The notes beneath the pieces are model-generated. The model searched no databases. It saw nothing but the letters and a program-made list of their open reading frames with translations, and was not told the DNA's origin. Shown one piece after another: positions 9,539 to 20,218 of a stretch of 64,000 nt of DNA; position 1 is the first letter of the stretch, and each line of letters begins with the position of its first letter. The position numbers were made by a program, and so were the translations under genes. The stretch spans positions 5,216,001 through 5,280,000 of the forward strand of contig OZ245365.1 of assembly GCA_965226495.1 (NCBI GenBank), given 5' to 3'. This DNA comes from Candidatus Marinacidobacterales bacterium (GTDB taxonomy: Bacteria > Acidobacteriota > Vicinamibacteria > Marinacidobacterales > DATDRI01).

Positions 9539-11754
9539 ACGTCTCTCAAAAGGATCTCCTCGAAACTCACAACCTGACCGAGGGCGAGTATCGGCAGATC
9601 GTCGAGAAGCTCGGGCGCGAACCCAACCTGACGGAGCTCGGCCTCTTCTCGGTCATGTGGTCCGAGCACTGCAGCTACAAGAGCTCCCGCATGCATCTGA
9701 AGCGACTCCCCACGAAAGGGCCGCGTGTGCTTCAAGGCCCCGGCGAGAACGCGGGCGTCGTGGATCTGGGACACGGACTCGCCGCGGTCTTTAAGGTCGA
9801 GTCCCACAACCACCCTTCTTTTATCGAGCCCTTCCAGGGCGCGGCGACCGGCGTGGGCGGCATTATTCGTGACATCTTTACGATGGGCGCACGTCCCGTC
9901 GCTTTGATGAACTCGCTCCGTTTCGGCCCCCTGTCGGTTCCCAAGAACCGCTCTCTGCTAGAAGGAGTTGTCGCGGGCATCGCGTCCTATGGGAACTGCA
10001 CCGGCATCCCGACCGTCGGTGGCGAAGTGGCTTTCGAAGACTGCTACAACCTCAACCCCTTGGTGAATGCGTTTTGTCTCGGGATCGCCCCCAAAGATCG
10101 GATCTTCCGCGCGCGCGCGGAAGGGCAGGGCAATCCAGTCTTTTATGTCGGCGCCAAGACTGGTAAGGATGGCATCCATGGCGCGACCATGGCGTCTGCC
10201 GAGTTCGATGAGGCGGCCGAAGAGAAGCGACCGACTGTTCAGGTCGGAGATCCCTTCATGGAAAAACTCCTCTTCGAGGCTTGCCTCGAGTTGATGAGCA
10301 CCGATGCGTTGGTCGCGATTCAGGATATGGGCGCCGCCGGACTGACCTGCTCGACCTCCGAGCTTGCGGCCCGCGGAGGCACCGGCATTGCGATCGATAT
10401 CGCCGACGTGCCCCAGCGGGAAAAGGGCATGACCCCCTACGAGATCATGCTGTCCGAGTCCCAGGAGCGGATGCTTCTCGTTGCCAAAGCGGGACGGGAA
10501 TCGGAAGTCGAGGCCATCTTCGACAAGTGGGACTTACATGCCGTCAAGATTGGAAGGGTCACCAGCGACGAAATGCTCCGCGTGCGCAATGGTGAAAAGG
10601 AAGTCGCCGTCGTGCCGTGCCGTGCCCTGGTCGAAGACGGTCCGATCTATGAGCGCCCCATGGAACGGCCTTCCTATCTCGACGAGGCGACGAAATTGGA
10701 TCTGAGCAGCGTTCCTGAACCAGAAGACACAGGCGCTGTGCTAGAACGGCTCCTCGCATCTCATGGTTTAGCCAATAAACATTGGATCTTCCAGCAGTAC
10801 GATCACATGGTGCAGAGCAACACCATCGTGATGCCAGGCTCCGACGCCGGTGTCATTCGTCTCAAGGGAACTCCGCTTGCCCTCGCGATGAGCCTCGACG
10901 GCAATGGTCGCTACGCCTATCTCGATCCCTATCTCGGTGGAGCGCTCGCGGTTGCCGAGTCCTGCCGCAACGTATCCGCCGCCGGAGCGACCCCCATTGG
11001 GGCCACCAACTGCCTCAACTTCGGAAGCCCGGAGAAACCCGCGGTCATGTGGCAGTTCGCTCGCGTCATAGACGGCATCACTGATGCCTGCACCGCACTC
11101 GGTATTCCCATCACCGGCGGCAACGTCAGCTTCTACAACGAGACCGAGGGCGAAAGTATCTACCCCACTCCGGTAGTAGGAACGGTGGGAATACTCGAAG
11201 ACAAGACGTGCCGGGTGAGTCATCATTTCAAAGGCCCCGGAGATTGGATCTACCTCGCGGGCGTAACCACCGACGAGCTAGGGGGCAGCGAGTACCTCAA
11301 GACCATCCACGGCCGGATCCAAGGGCTTCCGCCACGGCTCGATCTCGTTCAGGAAAAGGCGGTGCAAGCCTTTACTCGAGACGCGGCGGCCCGAAAGTGG
11401 CTTCGTTCCGCCCACGATTTGAGTGAAGGCGGGTTGGCCGTCGCGCTCGCGGAGAGTCTCTTTGGTCCCCTCGGTGAAACGGTCGGGGCCACCGTCTCTT
11501 TGGAATGCCCTGGTCGCACGGACGCATTGCTCTTCAGCGAAGGGACCAGCCGGATTCTCGTCAGCGTGGCTGCGAAGCATGCGGAAGAGCTCGAATCACT
11601 GGCGGAAGAACACGGTGTGGCTTTATCTCGCCTGGGAATCACCGGGGGGGAGCGACTCCGCGTGCAGATAAACGGCGTCGATGCCATGTCGCTCGAGATT
11701 TCCGAACTGCGGGAGGGATGGTGGTCATCCATAGAAAGGGACATGCAGCCATGA
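9535..11754 (+). CDS. purL: FGAM synthase subunit PurL (small type)
   Basis: [31 protein letters not shown] and GGNVSFYN motifs. Confidence 0.97.
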   Translation: MNVSQKDLLETHNLTEGEYRQIVEKLGREPNLTELGLFSVMWSEHCSYKSSRMHLKRLPTKGPRVLQGPGENAGVVDLGHGLAAVFKVESHNHPSFIEPFQGAATGVGGIIRDIFTMGARPVALMNSLRFGPLSVPKNRSLLEGVVAGIASYGNCTGIPTVGGEVAFEDCYNLNPLVNAFCLGIAPKDRIFRARAEGQGNPVFYVGAKTGKDGIHGATMASAEFDEAAEEKRPTVQVGDPFMEKLLFEACLELMSTDALVAIQDMGAAGLTCSTSELAARGGTGIAIDIADVPQREKGMTPYEIMLSESQERMLLVAKAGRESEVEAIFDKWDLHAVKIGRVTSDEMLRVRNGEKEVAVVPCRALVEDGPIYERPMERPSYLDEATKLDLSSVPEPEDTGAVLERLLASHGLANKHWIFQQYDHMVQSNTIVMPGSDAGVIRLKGTPLALAMSLDGNGRYAYLDPYLGGALAVAESCRNVSAAGATPIGATNCLNFGSPEKPAVMWQFARVIDGITDACTALGIPITGGNVSFYNETEGESIYPTPVVGTVGILEDKTCRVSHHFKGPGDWIYLAGVTTDELGGSEYLKTIHGRIQGLPPRLDLVQEKAVQAFTRDAAARKWLRSAHDLSEGGLAVALAESLFGPLGETVGATVSLECPGRTDALLFSEGTSRILVSVAAKHAEELESLAEEHGVALSRLGITGGERLRVQINGVDAMSLEISELREGWWSSIERDMQP

Positions 11755-13154
11755 AGGATGGCTTCCACGACGAGTGCGGTGTCTTTGGGATCTTCTCCCA
11801 TCCTGACGCGGCACGACTCACCTATCTTGGTCTCTACGCACTCCAGCACCGCGGCCAGGAGGCAGCGGGGATGGTCACCTCCGCACCGGATGGGCTTCGC
11901 ATCAAGAAATCCAAGGGCTATGTCGCCGATGTTTTCAACGAGCAGGCCTTGCAAGAGCTCGAAGGCTCCGCCGCCATGGGACACGTTCGCTACTCGACCG
12001 CCGGGGAAAACTCCGCCGTCAATGCGCAGCCGCTACTCATCGATTGCAAGTTCGGCGAGATCGCGGTGTGCCACAACGGAAACCTGGTCAATGACCAGGC
12101 CCTCAGAAAGGACCTGGTGGACCGCGGATCCATCTTCCGCACCAACAGTGACACCGAAGTTATCTTGCACCTTTTCGCGAGATCGGATCAGAAGGGAGTA
12201 GAGGACGCTCTCCTAGACGCGCTACGTCCGTTGGAGGGAGCCTTCACCCTGCTCTTCATCACCAAGGAGGCTCTCTACGGCGTTCGCGATCCGCGAGGGT
12301 TCCGCCCGCTCATTATCGGAAAGCTGGGCGATAGCTACGTTCTGTGCTCCGAGACCTGTGCCCTGGACCTCATCGACGCGACCTACGTCAGGGAGGTGGA
12401 GCCTGGGGAGCTGGTGGTCATCGACAAGAACGGACTCCGATCGATCCGTCCATTCGCGACTGAACAACCCCGCCAATGCGTCTTCGAGCACGTCTACTTC
12501 TCCCGGCCGGACAGCGTTGTCTTCGGCCGAAGCGTCCACGTTTCTCGTATCGAGATGGGAAAGCTCTTGGCACAGGAGACAGCGGTCGATGCCGATGTCG
12601 TGGTGCCGGTGCCGGACTCCGGTGTGGTCGCGGCGGTGGGCTACTCGATGGCGTCCGGCCTACCCCTCGAGTTCGGGCTCATCCGCAACCACTATGTGGG
12701 TCGCACGTTCATCGAACCGCATCAATCCATTCGGCATTTCGGCGTCAAAGTGAAGCTCAACCCCGTCCGCTCTGTGCTCGAAGGACGGAGGGTGGTACTG
12801 ATCGACGACTCCATCGTGCGGGGAACCACCAGTCAGAAGATCGTGGGGATGGTGCGAAACGCCGGAGCTCGCGAAGTCCATCTTCGTGTTTCCTCCCCGC
12901 CCATCACCGGTCCCTGTTACTACGGCATCGACACCCCGGAGAAGAAGGACCTTATTGCCGCCACTCATTCCGTCGAGGAGATCCAAGAGTTCCTAGCCGC
13001 CGACAGCCTTGCCTACCTTTCCCACGGCGCGCTCATGGCCTCGGTCCAAAACGGTTCCGATCAATTCTGCTCCGCCTGCTTCAACGGCAACTATCCGGTT
13101 CCGCTTACCGACGAAGCCCTCGGACAAAGAAAGCTTTTCGAGAAGACTCGTTAG
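11751..13154 (+). CDS. purF: Amidophosphoribosyltransferase (intact copy)
   Basis: ATGA overlap with purL. Propeptide then CGVFG, LQHRGQE, HVRYST, HNGN, PRPP loop [11 protein letters not shown], and Fe-S cysteines. Confidence 0.97.
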   Translation: MKDGFHDECGVFGIFSHPDAARLTYLGLYALQHRGQEAAGMVTSAPDGLRIKKSKGYVADVFNEQALQELEGSAAMGHVRYSTAGENSAVNAQPLLIDCKFGEIAVCHNGNLVNDQALRKDLVDRGSIFRTNSDTEVILHLFARSDQKGVEDALLDALRPLEGAFTLLFITKEALYGVRDPRGFRPLIIGKLGDSYVLCSETCALDLIDATYVREVEPGELVVIDKNGLRSIRPFATEQPRQCVFEHVYFSRPDSVVFGRSVHVSRIEMGKLLAQETAVDADVVVPVPDSGVVAAVGYSMASGLPLEFGLIRNHYVGRTFIEPHQSIRHFGVKVKLNPVRSVLEGRRVVLIDDSIVRGTTSQKIVGMVRNAGAREVHLRVSSPPITGPCYYGIDTPEKKDLIAATHSVEEIQEFLAADSLAYLSHGALMASVQNGSDQFCSACFNGNYPVPLTDEALGQRKLFEKTR

Positions 13155-13409
13155 TCGAGGCCCCACCGTCGGCGCATTCAAAACCTGCCTAGGGGGGGCT
13201 GGAAACGAAACTCGTTCCCATGCCACATCTGTGGCAGCGTCAACGAAGGAAAATCCGCAGGGATGATTGAGCATCACGATGTCGCGGTCCCGCAGATCTC
13301 GCTCATCGATGGGGAAAGAACTTCCCGATTGCGAGAATCCAGCGCTCGCAAAAACTCAAGTCTCGTCGCCGCATGATATCTTTCTGCGATTCGGTCGGAG
13401 TTCAAGAAC

Positions 13410-14075
13410 GTGCGCAAGTGGATCCCTAACCTGGTGACGGTGACCGGTATGGGGTGCGGTTTTGTTGCGATTCTGGTGGCCCATCGTGGTGCCGTCGATG
13501 CTTCTCTCTTCCTCATCCTGTGCGCAGTGATCTGCGACATCCTCGATGGCAAGCTCGCTCGGTTTCTGGGAGTCTCCTCGAGCTTCGGAGCCCAGCTCGA
13601 TTCGTTCTCCGACGTCATCGCCTTCGGCGTCGCGCCCGCGGTGATTCTATTCGAAGCATCGTTACACCGCCTAGGCTGGCTCGGCGCGGCCGCCGCCTTC
13701 CTCTTTCTCGCTATGTCGGCGGTCCGGCTCATCCGGTTCAATCTGGACGCATCCCTGCAAGAGCGACGGGATTTCTTCCGCGGTTTTTCCACGCCCACGG
13801 CGGCCCTGTATCTCATAAGCTTCATCGTAATGCGAGACCTGCTGCCGGCGTGGATAGGCGTTCTCTATGCCGCCGGTCTGGCGTTTCTCATGGTCTCCTC
13901 GCTCCCCGTCCCATCGTTCGAGGGAACCCGGCTCTCGCCCGCCTATCTCGTCGTCGCTCTGCTGAACACGCTGATACTTCTGCTCAGCCCCACCGTTTGG
14001 ACTTTCGCCTGGTGGAATTTATACGCGCTCTTCGTCCTATCTCTCGGCTACAAAAGGCGGCCGGCGGAAGGATGA
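13410..14075 (+). CDS. pssA: CDP-alcohol phosphatidyltransferase (PssA/archaetidylserine-synthase-like)
   Basis: IPNLVT start, DILDGKLAR-x8-G-x3-D-x3-D motif, RLIRFN and FxGF-TP. Confidence 0.85.
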   Translation: MRKWIPNLVTVTGMGCGFVAILVAHRGAVDASLFLILCAVICDILDGKLARFLGVSSSFGAQLDSFSDVIAFGVAPAVILFEASLHRLGWLGAAAAFLFLAMSAVRLIRFNLDASLQERRDFFRGFSTPTAALYLISFIVMRDLLPAWIGVLYAAGLAFLMVSSLPVPSFEGTRLSPAYLVVALLNTLILLLSPTVWTFAWWNLYALFVLSLGYKRRPAEG

Positions 14076-17000
14076 TCCTTCGGTGGCCCGTCAAAGACTC
14101 TAGACGCGTCATCCAGATGCTGGCTCAACTCAAACAAGCGGAGCCATGTGGGTATAACCCTCTCGAGAAATCGTTTCCTCTGGAACCGGTACAAGAGCGT
14201 GTACATGGGAAGCCGGCTCACCAGTAAATGCTGCAGCGAGAGCGTGAAGCCGCGCCGCCAGTCGCGCGCGTCGATCGAAGCTTCGACCTCTTCATCGAGC
14301 AACTGGCGATGAAGTGCTACGTAGTGCCCGAGCTCATCTTTCGTAGCAGCAGGTGAGAGCACGAAACAGAGGAGCTCGGCCAGATCGTGCTGCGGCGCTC
14401 CGAGCGTCGCGAGCTCCCAGTCATAGGCGCAGAGCTCGAGCCCGGCCCCGTTTCCGTGGCGAAAGGCGACGTTTCGGGAATTGAAGTCGTTGTGAATGAG
14501 GGTGCGTGGCATGCTCGTCAACTCCTCGGACCAGATGTCGACGTCGTCCACGGCTCGCTCTTGCGCCGCCACGAGCCCGTCTCCGGCCCAGTCTCGAAAC
14601 CAGGGACGCGCGTGCTCGGAAAGCGCTTGCCAGAGATCGCCCATCTCGTTCAAAGATGCGGAAGTTACGACGGGTCCCAGCCATTCTTGCCTTTCGAGCT
14701 CGGACTCGCGTCCATACCAGACCGAGTGGATCTTCGCGAGTCCCCGAATGGCGGCTTCCGTAGCAGCGCGTGACCAGCCATCTGCTTGGTCAGCGCTATC
14801 CAATAGCCAAAGCCCTTCCAGATCCTCAAGAGCGAGCGCCCAGAGCCCCTCGTCATCGTCGCGAACCGTGCCGTACAAGGCAGGCATGAAGTTTCGAAGC
14901 CGCGCGTCATCCTGCTCGTAAAGAGCCAGCTCTCGTCGATGACATAGCGTGAAGCTGAGCTTCCTCCCGAAACGATCGAAGAGCTCACCGAGACGGGTCG
15001 AGCACAGATCCGCCACGACCTGCGCCACGGCCAATACGTCGTCATCGGAGGGCTTCACCTTCAAGAACAAACGCAGTGTTCGCTCCTGCGCGTCGGACGT
15101 ACGGAATCGCGTCGTGGCGCGATAGAGGCCGGTCTCGCGCGTGCTGTACCAGGATGTTAGCTCGGTGAGAATGCTCTGCTCGACGCCCACTGGCTCGAGC
15201 TCGAGCTCGAGAATATCGAGGGAATCGTCGCCGAAATGCCGGCTGAGAACACTCTGGAGCCACTCGTCCACCGGGGCATCACGACCGTCACGGTCGCGGC
15301 GTCGAGCCGGCGCCACCAGAACACCACGATCGATGAACGACGTGTAAGCGCGATCGAGATAGCCGGGCCCGGAATCCGGGCAAGAGACGCGAAGACGTGC
15401 CAGCCGTCGATCGGTATTCTCCGTCAGGACCCGCGTCTTTCGGCAGTCCTCGAAGAGCTCGAGTGAAAAAACCTCTTGCCCGTCTTTCGCCGTCACTCGC
15501 TTGGACAAGAACGGCTGCAGATGATGGAGAGCGTGGTTCCGCGCGCTGGCACTTTCCTGAAGGCGGGACAACCACTCGCGATAGCCCGCGAGCTTCATCG
15601 GGTAGCCGAAAAGATTCATCCACAAGACCAGCTCGCGCCAGTGCCGCGGCTTCGGACTTCGAATGTGGTGGACGGCGAGAGCTCTCTCCTCCGGTTCTTG
15701 TGACAAGGCCACGACTGCCCGGCTCGCGTAGTCGACGGGACAGCCGTCGAGTTGCAGGTCGAGATCCGGGGCCATTTCCATCTCGATGCATCCTCTGACA
15801 AAACGCGAGAGGAAGTCGCTCTCGTTGCCGCGACCTCTGACATCGGAGCCCGTAAGCAGGGCGAGCCGATAAACGGATGCGCCGAGCCCGCGTTCGGAAG
15901 CTTCGCGAACCAGTGCTTCGGCCACGCACTTGCTCTCTGCGTAACCGAGCTGAAGATCTGGAAGGAAGGGCAGCACGTCGTCGACTTCGGCAAGCTCGCT
16001 CGCCCGCGTTGTGTAACAGACGCCGAGGGTCGAGACGAAGTGGAATCGCTTCGCCTTTCCGAGACAGGCCAATCTCAGGAGCTCCCGCGTGCCCAGAACG
16101 TTGACCTCACGCAAGTCGCGATACGGATAGACGAAATTGACCGCGGCGGCGTTGTGATAGATGGCGTCCGTTGTTTGCGCCAGCTCTTCGAACGCGTCGA
16201 GTCCTTCGCTCAAGTCTCCCTTCATGGGCACGATACGTCGCTCGAACGATGGACTCCACAGATCATGGGACTCGAGATTTCTTCGGAGGCGCTCCGAGCC
16301 GCCTTCCCCACGCACCAGGCAAACGATTTGCGCTCGAGTTTGCTCGAGAAGCTCTTTCAACAGATACGCTCCAAAGAATCCAGTGGCGCCGGTGAGAAGA
16401 ATCGAGCGCGGCTCGTCTCCCGAAATGACCCGCGGGGCGGGGCGAATGTCCTTCGGCAGACAGGTGTCCGCGAGCATCAGGGCGAGCTCAGAGCCCCTGG
16501 GCCTCGTCGAGCGACGCGCTCGCTGGCTGCCGGCGTTGCGGAGCTGGCCCTGCAATCGTTGCAGTGCTCCGGGCTCGAGAAGCTCCGCAATAGAAACATT
16601 CCGACCGACCCACCGCCCGATCGCCGTTTGAACCTCGACCACGCCGAGTGAATCCACGTAACGGGAGAGGGACGATCGAAGGTCGACCGATGCCAAGGGA
16701 GCACCGGAGAGCTGCGCGACCAGACTGCGGATCTTCGGTTCGATAGCATCGCTCTGGATCGCGTCGTCACCGTTCACGGAACGCGCGAGCATCTTCATTT
16801 TCCCGGCTGCGAAGGCGTCCCGGCAGGCCCAGCGCCTGAGCTTTCCGCTCGACGTCTTCAGTAGAGCCCGAGGCGGCACGAGGGCGATCGTGCCGAGCCG
16901 GAGCCCGTGACGCTCGAGGACCGCCGCTCGCAGAGATTGCATGATTTCAGAAGCGTATCGAGCTCGCTCCTCTTCGCTGGCGCTCATCATCGCCCGGTCC

Positions 17001-18499
17001 ACTTTGACCTCGGCGAGCACAGAGGCTTCCTCGCCATCGTCTCGAGACGTTCCAAATACGGCAACCCCGCCGCCTCGAACTCCGGGATGAGCCTCTTCGG
17101 CCGTCCACTCGATGTCACTCGGGGAGTAATTGACGCCGCGAACGATCAGAACGTCTTTCATTCGCCCCACGACGAAGAGCTCTCCGTCCAGGACGAAGCC
17201 AAGATCACCGGTGCGGAGAAAGGGACCTTCTTGCGTATCTTCCAGGACGGCACGAAACGTTCTCGTGCTCTCCTCGGGATCGTTCCAATAGCCTGCACAC
17301 ACACTTGGGCTTGCGAGCCATATCTCACCCACCTCGCCCGAGGCACAACGAGTGCGGTGCTCAGGGTCCGCGATCACAAGCTGGGTATCGCGATGAGGCT
17401 GCCCGCTTCCCACTCGAAGCACACCTTTCGCTGCATCGTTCGAAGGCGTGGCCTGGCCTTTTTCGAGGAGCTCCCGGTCCAGCTGGATCAGAACAGGCGA
17501 GTCCTCGTGCCTGCGGCTGGTGACGAGAACGGTGGACTCCGCGAGCCCGTAGACCGGATAAAAAGCCCGCCAATCGAAGCCACAGGGCCGGAACGCGTCC
17601 AGGAACGAGCAAAGCGTTTCCGCGCGCACCGGTTCTGCACCGTTATACGCTACGCGCCACGAGCGCAAATCCAGCGAGGCGCGCTCCGCTTTCGACGTCT
17701 TGCGGACGCAAAGCTCATAGGCGAAGTTCGGAGCGCCGCTGTTCGTCGCGCGATAACGTGAGATGGCGCTCAGCCACCGCAGAGGTTTCGTCAGAAACGC
17801 CCCCGGCGAAAATACATAAGCGGGAAAGCCGCTATAAAGAGGTTGCAAGATTCCGTCGATGAGCCCCATGTCGTGGTGCATCGGAAGCCACGAAACGGAA
17901 ACGCTACCGCGCTCGTTGCCTTCGGCCTCGGCGCCGTGAGCCAGGTTGTGCATCAGGTTTCCATGACTCACCATGACGCCGCGCGGGGCGGCGGTGGAGC
18001 CGGACGTGTATTGGAGAAACGCCAGTTGCCGCGCGTCGAGCGGTGTCTCCGTCCAAGCGCCCGCGAGCTCCGTCGGCACTGCATTGGACTCGACGAAGCG
18101 GACTGAAGAGCCCATTTCCGCACGAACGCTCTCGGGAAGCTCGTCGTCGCTGAGGATGACCTCGACCGCGGCGTCGCGGGCGATACCGCGTAAGCGCGGC
18201 AAGCTCTCTTGGCGGAGCACGGGGCTCGGTCGGTAGGCGGGCACCGCCACCGCACCCGCGTAGAGGCATCCGAGGAAGGCGCCGATGAACTCCAAGCCGC
18301 TATCGAGCGTCAAGAGAACGCGCTGTCCTTCGGCGCCAGCCTCCTGGAGCTTGGCCGCAATCGCGCGGGATCTTCTGTCGAGCTGGGCATAGGTGAAGCT
18401 CGCGCCCTCGACCTCGCCGTCGTCGAGAAAGGTGTAGGCAGGCTTGTCGGGAGAAGACAGCGACCGGCGCCGCAATACATCGACGATGGTGACTGTCAC
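14048..18499 (-). CDS. Multidomain fatty acyl-AMP ligase - ACP - thioester reductase - APH/choline-kinase-like phosphotransferase
   Basis: FAAL: AFLQYTSGST, YGLAES, FLRTGDLG, KTSSGKLRR. ACP: YVDSL with Ser617. Reductase: LLTGATGFFG, GYAESK. Kinase: LFLKVK, RELALY, LIHNDFNSRN, AYDWE. Confidence 0.9.
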   Translation of the reverse strand: MTVTIVDVLRRRSLSSPDKPAYTFLDDGEVEGASFTYAQLDRRSRAIAAKLQEAGAEGQRVLLTLDSGLEFIGAFLGCLYAGAVAVPAYRPSPVLRQESLPRLRGIARDAAVEVILSDDELPESVRAEMGSSVRFVESNAVPTELAGAWTETPLDARQLAFLQYTSGSTAAPRGVMVSHGNLMHNLAHGAEAEGNERGSVSVSWLPMHHDMGLIDGILQPLYSGFPAYVFSPGAFLTKPLRWLSAISRYRATNSGAPNFAYELCVRKTSKAERASLDLRSWRVAYNGAEPVRAETLCSFLDAFRPCGFDWRAFYPVYGLAESTVLVTSRRHEDSPVLIQLDRELLEKGQATPSNDAAKGVLRVGSGQPHRDTQLVIADPEHRTRCASGEVGEIWLASPSVCAGYWNDPEESTRTFRAVLEDTQEGPFLRTGDLGFVLDGELFVVGRMKDVLIVRGVNYSPSDIEWTAEEAHPGVRGGGVAVFGTSRDDGEEASVLAEVKVDRAMMSASEEERARYASEIMQSLRAAVLERHGLRLGTIALVPPRALLKTSSGKLRRWACRDAFAAGKMKMLARSVNGDDAIQSDAIEPKIRSLVAQLSGAPLASVDLRSSLSRYVDSLGVVEVQTAIGRWVGRNVSIAELLEPGALQRLQGQLRNAGSQRARRSTRPRGSELALMLADTCLPKDIRPAPRVISGDEPRSILLTGATGFFGAYLLKELLEQTRAQIVCLVRGEGGSERLRRNLESHDLWSPSFERRIVPMKGDLSEGLDAFEELAQTTDAIYHNAAAVNFVYPYRDLREVNVLGTRELLRLACLGKAKRFHFVSTLGVCYTTRASELAEVDDVLPFLPDLQLGYAESKCVAEALVREASERGLGASVYRLALLTGSDVRGRGNESDFLSRFVRGCIEMEMAPDLDLQLDGCPVDYASRAVVALSQEPEERALAVHHIRSPKPRHWRELVLWMNLFGYPMKLAGYREWLSRLQESASARNHALHHLQPFLSKRVTAKDGQEVFSLELFEDCRKTRVLTENTDRRLARLRVSCPDSGPGYLDRAYTSFIDRGVLVAPARRRDRDGRDAPVDEWLQSVLSRHFGDDSLDILELELEPVGVEQSILTELTSWYSTRETGLYRATTRFRTSDAQERTLRLFLKVKPSDDDVLAVAQVVADLCSTRLGELFDRFGRKLSFTLCHRRELALYEQDDARLRNFMPALYGTVRDDDEGLWALALEDLEGLWLLDSADQADGWSRAATEAAIRGLAKIHSVWYGRESELERQEWLGPVVTSASLNEMGDLWQALSEHARPWFRDWAGDGLVAAQERAVDDVDIWSEELTSMPRTLIHNDFNSRNVAFRHGNGAGLELCAYDWELATLGAPQHDLAELLCFVLSPAATKDELGHYVALHRQLLDEEVEASIDARDWRRGFTLSLQHLLVSRLPMYTLLYRFQRKRFLERVIPTWLRLFELSQHLDDASRVFDGPPKDHPSAGRLL

Positions 18500-19260
18500 A
18501 GCGCCGCCTCCTTCCCCGCCTGCTCAATCCGGGCTGCGTCCAGATAGCCGACGAAGCGCTCTCGAATCGCCGCTTTGTTCTCCTCGAGCTCCTCCAGCCG
18601 CCAGCTCTCTGTGTGGATAGGTGCATGGACGTGCACGTGCACCGTCCCCGGAAACACGCCGAATCCCTTTCCCGGATTGATCTCGGCCGGGATTTCGATG
18701 AACAGAGGAACGATAGGGGCTTTGAGATTGGTCGCTAAGTGAAACGTTCCCTTGTTGAACGGCCCGATCTGGCCCGTCGTAACGCGCGTTCCTTCTGGGC
18801 TCAGGAAGACGGACTCCCCGGTTCGGCGAAGAGTGCGCTCGGCCGCCTGGAAGCAGCGAATGCGCTTGTCAGGCATCGATTGAGGCGGCGTAAAGAAAGT
18901 GCCGATGAGCCACGCCATGAGCCCAAGAGGTGGGAGAAGCAAGAATCTGCGCTTCATAAAAAAGCGGGTGTTGGGAAGCCCGAGCGCAATGAGTATGAAC
19001 AGATCGATGGTCGAAGTGTGGTTCGCAACGTAAACCTTCTGCGATGTCGGAAAGGGATGTTCCTGGTGCACGACGAGACGGATGCCCCCGAGCCACAACA
19101 TCGTGTGGCCAACCACTTTCGCAATCACTTCCTGGCAAAAGCGGCGAGTGCGAAATAGCGTTGCGATCGAGATCGCGAGCATGAGAGCTCCCGCAAGTGT
19201 CATCAGGAGCATCGATGCGGCGAAGAGGAGCACCGAGCGCAGAAAATTAGGTTTCGCCAT
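18496..19260 (-). CDS. Lysophospholipid (PlsC-like) acyltransferase
   Basis: NHTSTID (HX4D), SPEGTR and FNKGTF motifs; 4-nt overlap with the FAAL gene. Confidence 0.9.
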   Translation of the reverse strand: MAKPNFLRSVLLFAASMLLMTLAGALMLAISIATLFRTRRFCQEVIAKVVGHTMLWLGGIRLVVHQEHPFPTSQKVYVANHTSTIDLFILIALGLPNTRFFMKRRFLLLPPLGLMAWLIGTFFTPPQSMPDKRIRCFQAAERTLRRTGESVFLSPEGTRVTTGQIGPFNKGTFHLATNLKAPIVPLFIEIPAEINPGKGFGVFPGTVHVHVHAPIHTESWRLEELEENKAAIRERFVGYLDAARIEQAGKEAAL

Positions 19261-20218
19261 TCGACTTCCTCTTTCTGCAGACAACGGTCTGCATCGCGAG
19301 ATTCAATTGCTTTTCGAACGCTAGAACGGGCAACGTCAAGATCTGCCCCAGGACATAGACATAGCCCCACTTCTGCAAGTCCAGTCCTCTGCCTTTCAAG
19401 AGCTTGAAGGCCGCTCCCGCGAACAAATAGAAGTAGGCGGGGAAAGCTCCGTAGGGCATGTAGTCCACGATGTCGAACCCCGCCCGCTCCATGAGCTTGA
19501 AGAGGTGTTCCTTGTCGTAGAGCGCCGTGTGTTGGGGCGCCTGGAGACCGGGCCACCGCTCGCGGAACAAGCCAAAAGTGATGCTATCGAGACGAGGCAC
19601 TTCGACAATGAAGTGGCCGTCATCCTTCATCACAGAGCGCGCCGTCTCGAGCGTGCGCAGCGGGTCGTAGTCGTGCTCGAGGAAATGCCACATCGTGATG
19701 AGATCGAAACTCCCCCCGCGAAACTCCTGTTCGTAGAAGAGGCCGCAGTGAAAATCGATGTGCTCGAATCCTTCGGCGCCCTCGAAATCCTTGAAGTCGA
19801 CGCCCGTCACACGAGCATCGTGTACGACTCGCATCTTGTTCAGGAAGGTTCCAGCACCACAGCCCACGTCGAGAATCTCGTTCGGATTACCCGGCTTCAG
19901 GTATGGCCGGACGATCTGCTCTTTCTTCCGATCGAGCTGGTCCATGACGTAGTTGTAGACGGGTGTCAGAGAGCCCCAGTCTCTCTTCTTCCGGTGCGCG
20001 ATGTACTCATCGTCGTAATAATCCTTGATGTGTTCGACGTCGATCCGCGGATGCTGATACGCGAGGCCGCATTCGGCGCAGCGGACGAAATGGAACCACC
20101 CAGGCTTTCCCGTGAGATCCTCCTGGGCGCTCACGAACGGTTCGCGCGCAGCGCTCGAGCAGTAATAGCAGCTCACCGGCTCGAAGATGGATGCGTCCGG
20201 AACGATCGTTGCGTTCAC
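19247..20218 (-). CDS. Class I SAM-dependent methyltransferase with N-terminal Zn ribbon
   Basis: CYYC...CAEC, ILDVGCGAG, MWHFLEH; GTGA overlap with the UbiA-like stop. Confidence 0.88.
   Translation of the reverse strand: MNATIVPDASIFEPVSCYYCSSAAREPFVSAQEDLTGKPGWFHFVRCAECGLAYQHPRIDVEHIKDYYDDEYIAHRKKRDWGSLTPVYNYVMDQLDRKKEQIVRPYLKPGNPNEILDVGCGAGTFLNKMRVVHDARVTGVDFKDFEGAEGFEHIDFHCGLFYEQEFRGGSFDLITMWHFLEHDYDPLRTLETARSVMKDDGHFIVEVPRLDSITFGLFRERWPGLQAPQHTALYDKEHLFKLMERAGFDIVDYMPYGAFPAYFYLFAGAAFKLLKGRGLDLQKWGYVYVLGQILTLPVLAFEKQLNLAMQTVVCRKRKSNGET

Noticed and set aside
11505-11750. N-terminal extension of purF in the ORF track
   Set aside because: Overlaps purL; the real start is the ATGA-coupled ATG 11751 just before CGVFG.
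14048-18499. Annotation as NRPS or myxobacterial ElbD
   Set aside because: No condensation domain and no fused acyltransferase; it carries a C-terminal kinase instead.
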